Positions 29,311 through 38,957 of a DNA stretch of 64,000 nt are shown one piece after another. The translations under genes and the position numbers were made by a program. Position 1 is the first letter of the stretch; the number at the start of each line of letters is the position of its first letter. Origin of the DNA: Alphaproteobacteria bacterium (GTDB lineage Bacteria > Pseudomonadota > Alphaproteobacteria > CALKHQ01). Under the pieces are notes generated by a model. It did no database searches, had not been told where the DNA came from, and was given only the letters and a program-made list of their open reading frames with translations. The stretch covers positions 1,673,600-1,737,599 of the forward strand of contig CBDDFZ010000001.1 in the NCBI GenBank assembly GCA_965227515.1. Reading direction: 5' to 3'.

Positions 29311-30402
29311 TTACTGCCGTGCGGCAGTGTCGAGCTGGACGTAGTCCGACCCATCGGGTGGGCCGTCGGTGAGGTAGGCGGTGCCCGCGCTCAGGTCCAT
29401 GATCACCGAGAACACGGTCTGCAGGCGCTTGCCCTCCGGGTCCCGCGGGTCCTCCCGGCGGCTGATGGCATCCGGCCCATTCGACTTGTCGCGCAGCACC
29501 TCCATGCACGCCTCGACGTCGATGCGGCCGTGCCGCTCAGCCAATAGGCGCCTGACCCGCGCCAGCCGCGGATAGCTGTCGGGCAGCACCTGCTTGCCCA
29601 GGTCGCGGACTTGCCCCAGGCGCAGGCTGCATACGTGGTTGGTATGGCAGAGCAGATCCTGCTCGGGCAGCAGGACGTCGAAGTCGCCGGGGGTGGCTTC
29701 GATATCGACCGCCTCGGCACCGGCCTGGGCGACCAGATAGTTGGCGGCCGAGGCGACCGGCCCGCCCGCGACCTGCTCGATGGCGTCGCCCAGGTTCCGC
29801 GCCTCCAGGATGCGCCGCAGCACGACATGCAGCGGCACGCCGTCGGCGCGCATCTGGTCGGTGACCAGCGCATTCAGGCACACGCCCAGTCCGGCCGCAT
29901 TGAACCCGATCTTGCCGATGATGCCGCCCTCGGTGAGCATGGTGAGCGACGGGCCGTCCTCCCGCTCGATCGCCACCACCACGAAGGCGTCGCGCTGTGA
30001 GGCGCGCCAGTCCCAGTTCTGGCACAGCAGCACGTTGCCGTTGGCGGTCGCGGCGCCGAACGCGGCAAACGCCGTGCAGCCGTCGACCAGCCGCGCGGAC
30101 AGCGCGATCTCCGAGCGCGCGTTGAGCGCCAGGATATCCTCCAGCGCCACCCCGCTGCCCTCCGCCATCCCCTTGATCTCGGCCATCAGGTCCGGCGCAT
30201 AGCGCTCGATCGAGGCGGCATAGGCTGCCCCCATGCGTTGCGCTTCCGGCCAGTCGATGCCGACGAAGTCGCGAAACAGGCGCTCATAGGTCCGCAGGGA
30301 CGCCGCAACCTGTTCGGCGGCCGCGGTACCGATGGCGGCACCGCGCGCGGCCGGATCGGTTTCGCTGCAGCGCACGACGGGAAACGGGAAGTTGGTGGAC
30401 AT
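29311..30402 (-). CDS. C45 family peptidase (acyl-CoA:6-APA acyltransferase-like Ntn hydrolase)
   Basis: 'DGCTAFAAFG' self-processing Cys region typical of C45; start refined to ATG 30402. Confidence 0.7.
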   Translation of the reverse strand: MSTNFPFPVVRCSETDPAARGAAIGTAAAEQVAASLRTYERLFRDFVGIDWPEAQRMGAAYAASIERYAPDLMAEIKGMAEGSGVALEDILALNARSEIALSARLVDGCTAFAAFGAATANGNVLLCQNWDWRASQRDAFVVVAIEREDGPSLTMLTEGGIIGKIGFNAAGLGVCLNALVTDQMRADGVPLHVVLRRILEARNLGDAIEQVAGGPVASAANYLVAQAGAEAVDIEATPGDFDVLLPEQDLLCHTNHVCSLRLGQVRDLGKQVLPDSYPRLARVRRLLAERHGRIDVEACMEVLRDKSNGPDAISRREDPRDPEGKRLQTVFSVIMDLSAGTAYLTDGPPDGSDYVQLDTAARQ

Positions 30403-30719
30403 CGAACCCATCCTCGGCTGTCGTTGGCTGCAACCTATGCGGTGGACACGGTGGCCCATGTATTGGCACAGGCATTCTGCCCGGGCGCGAGGAGGTTAGC
30501 GCATTTTTGCTGGCTTTGGGTTGCCGTCACGCGCGACCGGCCTGGTGCCCCTGCAGCAAAACCTCTGACCCGGGTCTGGTCGTGCGTTGGCCATGCCGGG
30601 CGGCATGGCCATGGGTCCTGGGTTCTGGATCGGGATCAGCCTGCGCCAGCGTGCGCCCGTTTTCCCGCGTGCCTTTACGGCATCCGGCCGCCCAGCGACT
30701 TTGACGTTGCGGGGCGGCC

Positions 30720-30750
30720 GGGCAGGGGAGGGGCCGGTGCGGACTTAGCC
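30720..30750. repeat. Partial family A REP arm (GGCCGGGCAGGGGAGGGGCCGGTGCGGACTT)
   Basis: Single degenerate arm with a short upstream complement (CCGGCCGCCC...GGGCGGCCGG). Confidence 0.5.
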
Positions 30751-30760
30751 GGCCATGCGG

Positions 30761-31750
30761 TTAGCGGTTATCGAACAACTGCTCGACCAGGTATTCGTAG
30801 TTCTGCGCATTGTCGAGCGCGTCGTCCGGGTTGGTGCGGGCCAGCATCTCCATCTCGGAGATCGCATAGACCTCTTCGCCATGGTGGTTGGTGTAGCAAG
30901 CCTCAAGGCGCGGGGTCATGTGCGCCAGCTCGTGCACCACGGTGCCCATCTGGCTGTCCCACCCGCCGACCAGGGCGGCCTGGAAGAAGGCGGCGCCGAA
31001 CGTCAGCTCGCCGCGGCCCTGCATGCCGCACCAGGTGTAGGCGAACAGCGGGTTGTTGGGCTCGCACTTCGCGACGATCGGGTCGGCACCGGCCGACAGG
31101 CGATCCTCGATGTACTTCAGGTTCTGCGCCACCTCGAACCGGCTGGTCTCGTCGCCGAACCAGCGCTCGACCACATCGTCCTCGTAGGTGCCGATGGTCA
31201 GGCCCGACAGGCGGTCGCCGGTCTCGGCCAGCGCTTGCAGCGCCATCGCGACGGCCTGCTCGATGTCCTTGCGTTCCTCGGCGGAGCAGCCTTCGAACTC
31301 CAGCGCCACGTGCTCGTAGTCGAACGCGGCCGACACGGCCGCCGGGCCGGTCGCGACCGGAACGACGTCACCCTGGCCGAAGCCACCGCCATTGCCCTGG
31401 CCGTCCGAGCCACCGACTGCGACGAAGCCGTCGTCGCCGTTCTCGGCCACCACCGGCTGGTTGTTGCCCACCGGGGTGAAGCCAACGATCTCGGGCGCGC
31501 CGCCGCCATTGCCGACTGGCACGAACGCGTCGTTGCCGAAACCCGGCTGGCCGGCGTTCTCGACGGCCGGGCCAACGGTGTTGATCACGTTGCCATTGCC
31601 GTCGATCACGTTGACGATGTTCTGCGCCATCGCCGGCACGACGCCGGCCAGGATGGTGCCTGCGATCACGGCCGCACCGATGGAGGTGCGCTTGGCGCGG
31701 CCCATGGCCGGCGCGCGATGCTCGGTTGCATTCTTGGTCTGGTTGGTCAT
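30761..31750 (-). CDS. Secreted zinc metalloprotease, aspzincin (M35/Lys-specific endopeptidase)-like
   Basis: Signal peptide, Gly/Asn-rich low-complexity linker, 'HELAHM' HExxH motif and downstream 'DNAQNYEY' (Asp third ligand plus Tyr, as in aspzincins). Start ATG 31750 with AAGGTGG RBS. Confidence 0.55.
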   Translation of the reverse strand: MTNQTKNATEHRAPAMGRAKRTSIGAAVIAGTILAGVVPAMAQNIVNVIDGNGNVINTVGPAVENAGQPGFGNDAFVPVGNGGGAPEIVGFTPVGNNQPVVAENGDDGFVAVGGSDGQGNGGGFGQGDVVPVATGPAAVSAAFDYEHVALEFEGCSAEERKDIEQAVAMALQALAETGDRLSGLTIGTYEDDVVERWFGDETSRFEVAQNLKYIEDRLSAGADPIVAKCEPNNPLFAYTWCGMQGRGELTFGAAFFQAALVGGWDSQMGTVVHELAHMTPRLEACYTNHHGEEVYAISEMEMLARTNPDDALDNAQNYEYLVEQLFDNR

Positions 31751-31897
31751 GGTTGCCACCTTGCGCTTGAGTGTTGGTGCAGCGCCCTTTGGCGCCGCTG
31801 TTGAGACCGAGATGGCGACGGTCGCGGGCCGGACCTGTGAACTGGGTCACCGGTGCGGGTGGAAATGCGTTAGGGTGCCGCAAAACGGCGTGCGGGT

Positions 31898-33409
31898 TTG
31901 GCGATGAGTCGGATATTTGCGTGGGGTGCCCGGACGGCGCGGGCCAGAGTGGGCGTGCCAGTGGCGACGCTCGCGATGGCGATGCTCGCTTTGGCGGCGG
32001 TCTCGTGGTCGGGCCAGGCGAACGGCGACTGGATGCCGGAAGCTCGGCCGGAGCTGCGCGTGCCGCAGAGTGCGGCCGAGATGCAGCTCTCGTTCGCGCC
32101 GCTGGTGCAGTACGCCGCGCCGGCGGTGGTCAACATCCTGACCATCGTCAATGTGGCGGGCAGCGACCTGGGGCCGTCGCGGCTGTTCAACGACCCGTTC
32201 TTCCGGGAGTTCTTCCAGGGCTTCCCAGGCGGCCCGCCGGGCCCGTCCATGCCGCGTCAGGAGCTGTCGTCGCTGGGCTCCGGCGTCATTCTCACGCCCG
32301 ACGGTGTGATGGTGACCAACTATCACGTCATCGAGCGGGCGGACGCCATCCGGGTCGTGCTGGCGGACCGCCGCGAATTCGAGGCCGAGATTCTGGGCGT
32401 CGACCGGGCAACCGATCTGGCGGTGCTGAGGATCGGCATCGAGGCGGAGTCGCTGCAGTATCTGGAGCTGGGCGACAGCGATGAGATTCTGGTCGGCGAC
32501 CTGGTGCTTGCCATCGGCAACCCGTTCGGCGTCGGCCAGACCGTCACCAGCGGCATCGTCTCCGCGCTGGCCCGCACCGAGATCGGCGTCTCCGACTACA
32601 GCTTCTTCATCCAGACCGATGCCCCCATCAACCCCGGCAACTCCGGCGGCGCGCTGGTCGGCATGGATGGGCGGGTGATCGGCATCAACACCGCCATCTA
32701 TTCCGAAAGCGGCGGCTCCCACGGCATCGGGTTCGCGGTGCCGGCCAACATGGTGCGCACTGTCGTCGGCGCGGTGCTGGAGCATGGGCGCGTGGTGCGG
32801 CCGTGGCTGGGTGCGGAAATGGAGGAAGTCACGACGGAGCTCGCCGTCGTGCTCGGCCTCGCGCGGCCCTATGGCGCGCTGCTGGTGGACATCGCGCCCA
32901 ACGGTCCGGCGATCGACGCCGGCCTACGGCCGGGCGACGTGGTGCTGGCGATCGAGGGCCACGACCTGGAGAACACCAATGCGCTCAGGTTCCGCGTCGG
33001 CACCTATCCGGCCGGCACCGAGGTGGAACTGACCGTGCTGCGCGACCAGGAGGTGATCGCGGTCCCGGTCACGCTGCAGGACCCGCCCAGCGTGGCGGCG
33101 ATGGCCCAGGCACTGCGCCTGGCCGGCCCGCATCCGCTGAACGGTGCCTCGGTGACCGATATGACCGCCGACCTGGCGGCGGAGTTCGCGCTGGGCGACC
33201 TGCGCATCGGCGCCTTCGTCACGGCGGTGGCGGACGGCACCGCCAGCCGGCAGATCGGCCTGCGTCCGGGCGACATCGTGGTCGGCATCAATGGCGTCGA
33301 GGTGGCCAATGTCGAGGCGCTGGAAGCGATGCTGGCCCGCCCGCAGCCGCTGTGGCGGGTCTCGGTGCTGCGCAATGGCGTGATCCTCAGCGTCACCGTG
33401 CGCGGCTAG
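31898..33409 (+). CDS. degP: DegP/HtrA-family periplasmic serine endoprotease with two PDZ domains
   Basis: Catalytic triad context 'HVIE', 'DLAVL', 'GNSGGAL'; two PDZ domains. Confidence 0.85.
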   Translation: MAMSRIFAWGARTARARVGVPVATLAMAMLALAAVSWSGQANGDWMPEARPELRVPQSAAEMQLSFAPLVQYAAPAVVNILTIVNVAGSDLGPSRLFNDPFFREFFQGFPGGPPGPSMPRQELSSLGSGVILTPDGVMVTNYHVIERADAIRVVLADRREFEAEILGVDRATDLAVLRIGIEAESLQYLELGDSDEILVGDLVLAIGNPFGVGQTVTSGIVSALARTEIGVSDYSFFIQTDAPINPGNSGGALVGMDGRVIGINTAIYSESGGSHGIGFAVPANMVRTVVGAVLEHGRVVRPWLGAEMEEVTTELAVVLGLARPYGALLVDIAPNGPAIDAGLRPGDVVLAIEGHDLENTNALRFRVGTYPAGTEVELTVLRDQEVIAVPVTLQDPPSVAAMAQALRLAGPHPLNGASVTDMTADLAAEFALGDLRIGAFVTAVADGTASRQIGLRPGDIVVGINGVEVANVEALEAMLARPQPLWRVSVLRNGVILSVTVRG

Positions 33410-33427
33410 GGCGCTCGGACCCACGCA

Positions 33428-34804
33428 ATGGCGACGCTGTTCGAAGCCCAGGCGCCACGGCCGCTGGCCGACCGGCTGCGGCCGGAGACCCTGGCCGAGG
33501 TAGTCGGCCAGGAGCATGTGCTGGGGCCGGAGTCGCCGCTGGGCCGCATGGTGGCGGGCAAGCGCCTCAGCTCGCTGGTGCTGTGGGGGCCGCCGGGCTG
33601 TGGCAAGACCACGATCGCGCGCCTGCTGGCCGATGCCATCGGCATCGCGTTCGAGCCGTTGTCGGCCGTGTTCTCCGGCGTCGCCGACCTGCGCAAGGTG
33701 TTCGAGCGCGCCCGCGCCCGGCGCGACGGCGGCGAGGGCACGCTGCTGTTCGTCGACGAGATCCACCGCTTCAACCGCGCCCAGCAGGACGGGTTCCTGC
33801 CCTATGTGGAGGACGGCACCGTCACCCTGGTTGGCGCCACCACGGAAAACCCGTCGTTCGAGCTGAACGCGGCGCTGTTGTCGCGGCTGCAGGTGTTCGT
33901 GCTGCGCCGGCTGGACGATGCGGCGCTGGAAACCCTGCTCGCCCGCGCCGAGGAGATCGAGGGCCGACCGCTGCCGGTGGCCGACGAGGCGCGCCCGGCG
34001 CTGCGCGCGATGGCCGACGGCGACGGCCGCACCCTCCTCAACATGGCGGAGGAGCTGTTTGCGCTGCCGCCCGGCCAGAAGCCATTGACCGCCGCCGACC
34101 TGCCGAGCGTGGTGCAGCGCCGCGCGCCGGTCTACGACAAGGCGCAGGAGAGCCACTACAACCTGATCTCCGCCCTGCACAAGAGCCTGCGCGGCTCCGA
34201 CGTCGATGCCGCGCTCTACTGGTGCGCGCGGATGCTGGATGGCGGCGAGGACCCGCGCTACATCGCCCGCCGGCTGCTGCGCTTCGCCTATGAGGACATC
34301 GGCATGGCCGACCCGCAGGCCGCGGTGCAGGCGCTGAACGCCTGGGAGACCTATGAGCGCCTGGGCACGCCAGAGGGCGAGCTCGCCATCGCGCAGTCGG
34401 TGATCTATCTGGCGACGGCGCCGAAATCGAACGCGGCCTACAAGGCGGAGAAGGCGGCGCGGGCCAGCGCGCGCGAAACCGGCTCGCTGATGCCGCCGAT
34501 GCACATTCTGAACGCGCCGACCCGGCTGATGAAGGACATCGGCTACGGCAAGGGCTATGCCTACGACCACGACCAGGAGGATGCATTCTCCGGCCAGAAC
34601 TACTTCCCCGACGGCATGGCGCGGCGGGAGCTCTACCGGCCGGTATCGCGCGGGTTCGAGCGCGAGATCGAGAAACGGCTGGCCTATTGGGCGCGCAAGC
34701 GGGCGGAACGCGCCGCCGCCGAGGGCGATGGCCCCTCCGGTGCCTCTGCCGATGCCCCTGGCGCCGCACCTGCTGGCAGCCCCGACCAGGACGCCGCAGA
34801 GTGA
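33428..34804 (+). CDS. rarA: Replication-associated recombination protein A (AAA+ ATPase)
   Basis: Walker A 'GPPGCGKTT', Walker B 'LFVDEIHRFN', MgsA C-terminal domain. Confidence 0.9.
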   Translation: MATLFEAQAPRPLADRLRPETLAEVVGQEHVLGPESPLGRMVAGKRLSSLVLWGPPGCGKTTIARLLADAIGIAFEPLSAVFSGVADLRKVFERARARRDGGEGTLLFVDEIHRFNRAQQDGFLPYVEDGTVTLVGATTENPSFELNAALLSRLQVFVLRRLDDAALETLLARAEEIEGRPLPVADEARPALRAMADGDGRTLLNMAEELFALPPGQKPLTAADLPSVVQRRAPVYDKAQESHYNLISALHKSLRGSDVDAALYWCARMLDGGEDPRYIARRLLRFAYEDIGMADPQAAVQALNAWETYERLGTPEGELAIAQSVIYLATAPKSNAAYKAEKAARASARETGSLMPPMHILNAPTRLMKDIGYGKGYAYDHDQEDAFSGQNYFPDGMARRELYRPVSRGFEREIEKRLAYWARKRAERAAAEGDGPSGASADAPGAAPAGSPDQDAAE

Positions 34805-34826
34805 GAGCGGCGGGCTCAGCCGCCTT

Positions 34827-35049
34827 GCCCCTCTCCCATTTCGGGAGAGGGAGGGGCCCGCGAGCCGAAGGCTCGTGGGAGGGTGAGGGCCGGCACGATC
34901 GATCGCGATCACTCAGCATTTCGGCGCGCGCCAAAGATATCGACTGGCGTCAAGGCGACTGCGCCGGCTCCGCGGCTTCGCCACGGCCCTCACCCTCCCG
35001 GCGCTGGACGCGCCGGGTCCCTCCCTCTCCCGAAATGGGAGAGGGGATC
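34827..35049. repeat. Large nested palindromic element (~220 bp) related to family A REPs
   Basis: Terminal hairpins CCCTCTCCCATTTCGGGAGAGGG and CCCTCTCCCGAAATGGGAGAGGG. Inner inverted pair TGGGAGGGTGAGGGCCG / CGGCCCTCACCCTCCC flanks a lower-GC core. Intergenic between rarA and crcB. Confidence 0.8.
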
Positions 35050-35087
35050 AAAGCGCGCCGCATTGATGCGCGGGCGAGTGAACTCGT

Positions 35088-35474
35088 ATGTCCGGACTGA
35101 CCATCCTGGCGGTGGCGGCGGGGGGGGCGGTCGGCGCGGTGGCGCGCTATCTGGTGGCGACCGGGGCGACCCACCTGTTCGGCCTTGGCTTCCCGTACGG
35201 CACCCTGATCGTCAATGTCGTCGGCTCGTTCGTCCTCGGCTGCCTTGCCGAGGCGATGGCGCTGGTCTGGACGCCGTCGCGCGAGCTGCGCGCTTTCCTG
35301 GTGGTCGGCATGCTGGGCGCGTTCACCACCTTCTCGACCTTCTCGCTGGACAGCGTCGCCCTGTTCGAGCGCCGCGAATACGTGTCGGCGGGCCTCTACG
35401 TGGTGATCTCGGTGGTGGTGTCCATCGCTGCCCTGGTCGCCGGCATGCGGCTGATGCGCGTGGTGCTGCCATGA
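35088..35474 (+). CDS. crcB: Fluoride exporter CrcB/FluC
   Basis: 128-aa four-TM protein with CrcB family features. Confidence 0.85.
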   Translation: MSGLTILAVAAGGAVGAVARYLVATGATHLFGLGFPYGTLIVNVVGSFVLGCLAEAMALVWTPSRELRAFLVVGMLGAFTTFSTFSLDSVALFERREYVSAGLYVVISVVVSIAALVAGMRLMRVVLP

Positions 35475-36436
35475 GCGGCGTGGAACTCTTGGACGTTGCG
35501 GCCGACGACGACGACGTGCGGCTGGACCGGTGGTGCAAGCGCCACCTTCCCGGTGTGCCCCATGGCCGGCTGGAGAAGCTGTTGCGCACCGGCCAGATCA
35601 GGGTCGACGGCAAGCGCGCCAAGGGCAACCTGCGCCTACGCGCCGGCCAGCAGGTGCGCCTGCCGCCCGTACCCACGGCCAAGACGGACGGGGCGCCTGC
35701 GCCGCAACGCCAGGAGGTGACGCCCGATATGGTCCGCGAGGTGCGCGCGATGGTGCGCCATCGCGACGACGCCATCATCGTGATCGACAAGCCGGCCGGG
35801 TTGGCGGTGCAGGGCGGCAGCGGCACCCACCGGCACCTGGACGGCATGTTGGACGCGCTGAAGTTCGACGCGCCCGAGCGGCCGCGGCTGGTCCACCGGC
35901 TGGACAAGGACACCAGCGGCGTTCTGGTGCTGGCGCGCTCGGCCAGCGTCGCCCGCGCGCTCGCGCGCACCTTCCAGACCCGCGATGTCGACAAGACCTA
36001 TTGGGCGCTGGTCGCCGGCATGCCCCCGTCGGATGAAGGCACCATCAACATGGCGTTGGGAAAGCAGCCGGGCAGCGGCGGCGAGAAGATGGGGCCGGAC
36101 GCGCCGGACGCCAAGCCGGCGGTCACGGAGTTCCGGGTGATCGACCGGGCCGGCGCGCGGGTTGCCTGGCTGGAGCTGAAGCCGGTGACCGGCCGCACCC
36201 ACCAGCTGCGCGCGCACTGCGCCTTCACCGGCATGCCAATCCTGGGCGACGGCAAGTATGGTGGCGCGGACGCATTTGTCGGTCCGGAACAGGTGGCGCG
36301 CCGGCTGCACCTGCACGCGCGCGCCATTGCGCTGCCGCACCCCGCCGGCCACCGGTTGCGTGTGACCGCGCCGCTGCCCGCGCACATGAAGGCCAGCTTC
36401 GACTTTTTCGAATTCGACCCGAAGGACGCCGAATGA
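35471..36436 (+). CDS. rluC: RluA-family 23S rRNA pseudouridine synthase (RluC/D-like)
   Basis: S4 domain N-terminus and catalytic 'HRLDKDTSGVL' motif. ATG overlaps the crcB stop (ATGA); the 517-aa ORF-track version is an upstream extension through the repeat and is rejected. Confidence 0.85.
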   Translation: MSGVELLDVAADDDDVRLDRWCKRHLPGVPHGRLEKLLRTGQIRVDGKRAKGNLRLRAGQQVRLPPVPTAKTDGAPAPQRQEVTPDMVREVRAMVRHRDDAIIVIDKPAGLAVQGGSGTHRHLDGMLDALKFDAPERPRLVHRLDKDTSGVLVLARSASVARALARTFQTRDVDKTYWALVAGMPPSDEGTINMALGKQPGSGGEKMGPDAPDAKPAVTEFRVIDRAGARVAWLELKPVTGRTHQLRAHCAFTGMPILGDGKYGGADAFVGPEQVARRLHLHARAIALPHPAGHRLRVTAPLPAHMKASFDFFEFDPKDAE

Positions 36437-36445
36437 CCGAGAACA

Positions 36446-37123
36446 ATGAGCGATAGACTGCGCCTGGCGCTGTTCGACTGCGACGGCACGCTGATCGACA
36501 GCCAGCGGACCATCCTGACGTCGATGGCGGCAGCTTTCGACAGTGTCGGCCATCCACCGCCGGACCTCGCCGCGATCAGGACCGTCATCGGGCTGTCGCT
36601 GGCCGAGGCCATCGTGCAACTGCTGGGCGATGCCGCCGCGCCGGGCACGGTTTCGGCGGCCGAAGACGCCTATTACGCGGCGTTCGACCGTTGTCACGCC
36701 GACCCCAACATGATCGAGCCGATGTACGACGGCATGGCCGACGTGCTGGACTGGCTGGATGATGGCGGGTGGTTGCTGGGGGTCGCGACAGGCAAGACCC
36801 ACGCCGGTTTGCTGGCGACCCTGCGGCGGCATGGGCTGGTCGAGCGGTTCCAAACCTTGCAGACCGCCGACCGGGCGGCGGGCAAGCCGAGCCCCGATAT
36901 GGTCTATCGCGCGACCCGCGATTGCGGCGTCGATCCCGCCGACACCGTGGTCATCGGCGACACCACATTCGACATGATGATGGCGCGTAATGCCGGCGCC
37001 CGGCGCATCGGCGTAAGTTGGGGCTATCACGACGTCGACGACCTGCACGCGGCCGGCGCCGATACCGTCGTGACCTCTTGTGCCGAACTGCCGGAGGCCT
37101 TGGCCGCAGTGCTGGATCGGTAG
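36446..37123 (+). CDS. HAD-family hydrolase (phosphoglycolate-phosphatase-like)
   Basis: Motif I 'LFDCDGTLIDS' and motif IV 'IGDTTFDMMMARNAG'. Confidence 0.8.
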   Translation: MSDRLRLALFDCDGTLIDSQRTILTSMAAAFDSVGHPPPDLAAIRTVIGLSLAEAIVQLLGDAAAPGTVSAAEDAYYAAFDRCHADPNMIEPMYDGMADVLDWLDDGGWLLGVATGKTHAGLLATLRRHGLVERFQTLQTADRAAGKPSPDMVYRATRDCGVDPADTVVIGDTTFDMMMARNAGARRIGVSWGYHDVDDLHAAGADTVVTSCAELPEALAAVLDR

Positions 37124-37127
37124 GGCA

Positions 37128-37829
37128 ATGAAGCGGTTCTACAAGCAGGCCGCCTACGAGACGCGCGACGACGGCCTGGTCATCGCGCTCGACGGCCGCC
37201 CGATCCGCACGCCGGCAGCACGTCCCTTGACGGTGCCGACGCCCGAGATGGCCGATGCCATCGTGGCCGAATGGAACGGCCAGGGCGATGAGGTCGACCT
37301 GAATGCGATGCCGATCACCCGGCTCGCCGGCACCGGCATCGATCTCGTCGCGTCGCGCCGCGACGAAATTCGAGCCGAACTGGTGCGCTACGCAACCACC
37401 GATCTGCTGTGCTATCGCGCCGACACGCCGGAGGCACTGGCCATGCGCCAGGCCGCGCTGTGGCAGCCGGTGCTGGACTGGCTGGACGAACGCCACGGCA
37501 TCGTGCTGTCGATCACCTTCGGGGTGGCGCCCATCGAGCAGGCCCCGGCGGCGCTGGAGGCGCTGGACCGGCTGCTGGTGCCGTGCGGGCCGATGCAGCT
37601 CACCGGGATGCGCACGCTGACCGGCGGTCTTGGCTCGCTGGTGCTGGCGCTGGCGGTCTGGCAGCGTCATGTGGATATCGAGGCGGCCTGGACCGCGTGC
37701 CAGATCGACGAGACGTTCCAGGCCGAGCAATGGGGCGAGGATGCGGAGGCGACGGCGCGCCGCGAAGCTTTGCGCGAGGACGTGCTGACATCGGCGCGGT
37801 TCCTGGAGCTTGCCGGCGATGACGGCTGA
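37128..37829 (+). CDS. ATP12 family F1-ATPase assembly chaperone
   Basis: ATP12/Atp12p family; start ATG 37128 (MKRFYKQ). Confidence 0.7.
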   Translation: MKRFYKQAAYETRDDGLVIALDGRPIRTPAARPLTVPTPEMADAIVAEWNGQGDEVDLNAMPITRLAGTGIDLVASRRDEIRAELVRYATTDLLCYRADTPEALAMRQAALWQPVLDWLDERHGIVLSITFGVAPIEQAPAALEALDRLLVPCGPMQLTGMRTLTGGLGSLVLALAVWQRHVDIEAAWTACQIDETFQAEQWGEDAEATARREALREDVLTSARFLELAGDDG

Positions 37830-38139
37830 GACCGATGCCAGCGGCGGGACAATCGCCCGCCATGTGGTGATCTCCGGGCGGGTGCAGGGTGTCTGGTATC
37901 GCGGCTGGACCGTGGGCGAGGCCACCCGCGCCGGGCTGAAGGGCTGGGTGCGCAACCGACGCGACGGCGCGGTGGAAGCCGTGTTCGTCGGCCCGGCGAC
38001 AGCCGTCGACGCGATGATAGCCGCGTGCCGGAACGGCCCTCCTTCGGCGCGGGTCGACGATGTGGCGGTCAGCGATGCGACGCCGGACATGACCGCCGGC
38101 CTGGCGCCGGATTTCGAGCAGCGGCCCACGGTTAGGTAG
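37819..38139 (+). CDS. acyP: Acylphosphatase
   Basis: 'GRVQGVWYRGWT' and 'GWVRNRRDGAVEAV' acylphosphatase signatures; ATG overlaps the atp12 stop. Confidence 0.8.
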   Translation: MTAETDASGGTIARHVVISGRVQGVWYRGWTVGEATRAGLKGWVRNRRDGAVEAVFVGPATAVDAMIAACRNGPPSARVDDVAVSDATPDMTAGLAPDFEQRPTVR

Positions 38140-38159
38140 TTTCGGCTTGGAGGCATGAG

Positions 38160-38906
38160 ATGAAGAGCATGATGGTTGCGATGCTGCTTGTCGTCGCGGG
38201 CTCCTCGGCGGCGCTCGCCCAGCAGGACCCGCCACCGCCGCCACCGCCGCCGCCGCCGCCAGGCAGCAACGGGCCGGGCGGCGCGCCGCAGGTCCAGACG
38301 GTCGAGACCGCCGGCAGCGTGCAGATCATGGCCGAGGTCTGGGCCGACAACTGGTTCGCCCTCTACGTCAATGGCGCTCACATCGCCACCGACAGCGTGC
38401 CGATCACCACCGAGCGCTCGTTCAATGCCGAGCGCATCGTGTTCCGCGCCGACTATCCGCTGACGCTGGCGTTCCAGGTCATGGACTACCGCGAGAACGA
38501 CACCGGGCTGGAATACATCGGCACCAACCGCCAGCAGATGGGCGACGGCGGCTTCATCGCCCAGTTCACCGACATGGCGACCGGCCGGGCGATCGCGGTG
38601 ACCGACAGCAACTGGCGCTGCCTGGTGACCCATGAGGCGCCGTTGGACACCTCATGCGTCCGCCAGCTCAATCCGGCGCCCGGTGTCGGTGCGTGCACCT
38701 TCTCGGTCACGCCGGAGCCGCCGGGCTGGCAGCAGGCGGGGTTCTACGACAGCGCGTGGCCCCATGCGCGCGAGTACAGCGCCGGCCAGGTCCGCCCGAA
38801 GGACGGCTATGATCACATCGACTGGGCGCCGCAGGCGGCCCTGATCTGGGGCCCGAACCTGGAGACCGACAACACGCTGCTATGCCGGTTGCAGATCGGC
38901 GGTTGA
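38160..38906 (+). CDS. Secreted protein of unknown function with a 12-residue polyproline tract after the signal peptide
   Basis: Signal peptide 'MKSMMVAMLLVVAGSSAALA', then PPPPPPPPPPPP (CCG/CCA-rich repeat 38227..38262), then a W/Y-rich globular domain with three Cys. Confidence 0.6.
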   Translation: MKSMMVAMLLVVAGSSAALAQQDPPPPPPPPPPPGSNGPGGAPQVQTVETAGSVQIMAEVWADNWFALYVNGAHIATDSVPITTERSFNAERIVFRADYPLTLAFQVMDYRENDTGLEYIGTNRQQMGDGGFIAQFTDMATGRAIAVTDSNWRCLVTHEAPLDTSCVRQLNPAPGVGACTFSVTPEPPGWQQAGFYDSAWPHAREYSAGQVRPKDGYDHIDWAPQAALIWGPNLETDNTLLCRLQIGG

Positions 38907-38957
38907 TGCCGCCGTCTGTCGGTATGCGGGTGTCTGACCTATCATTCCACCATCCCT

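Noticed and set aside
32924-34912. 662-aa minus-strand ORF
   Set aside because: Antisense to degP and rarA; shadow ORF.
34883-35470. N-terminal 196-codon extension of the rluC ORF
   Set aside because: The extension translates the palindromic repeat and overlaps crcB in another frame; a true ATG with ATGA coupling to the crcB stop exists at 35471.
38227-38262. CCG/CCA trinucleotide tandem repeat
   Set aside because: Not an independent repeat feature: it encodes the polyproline linker of the secreted protein at 38160..38906 (noted in findings as potentially length-variable).
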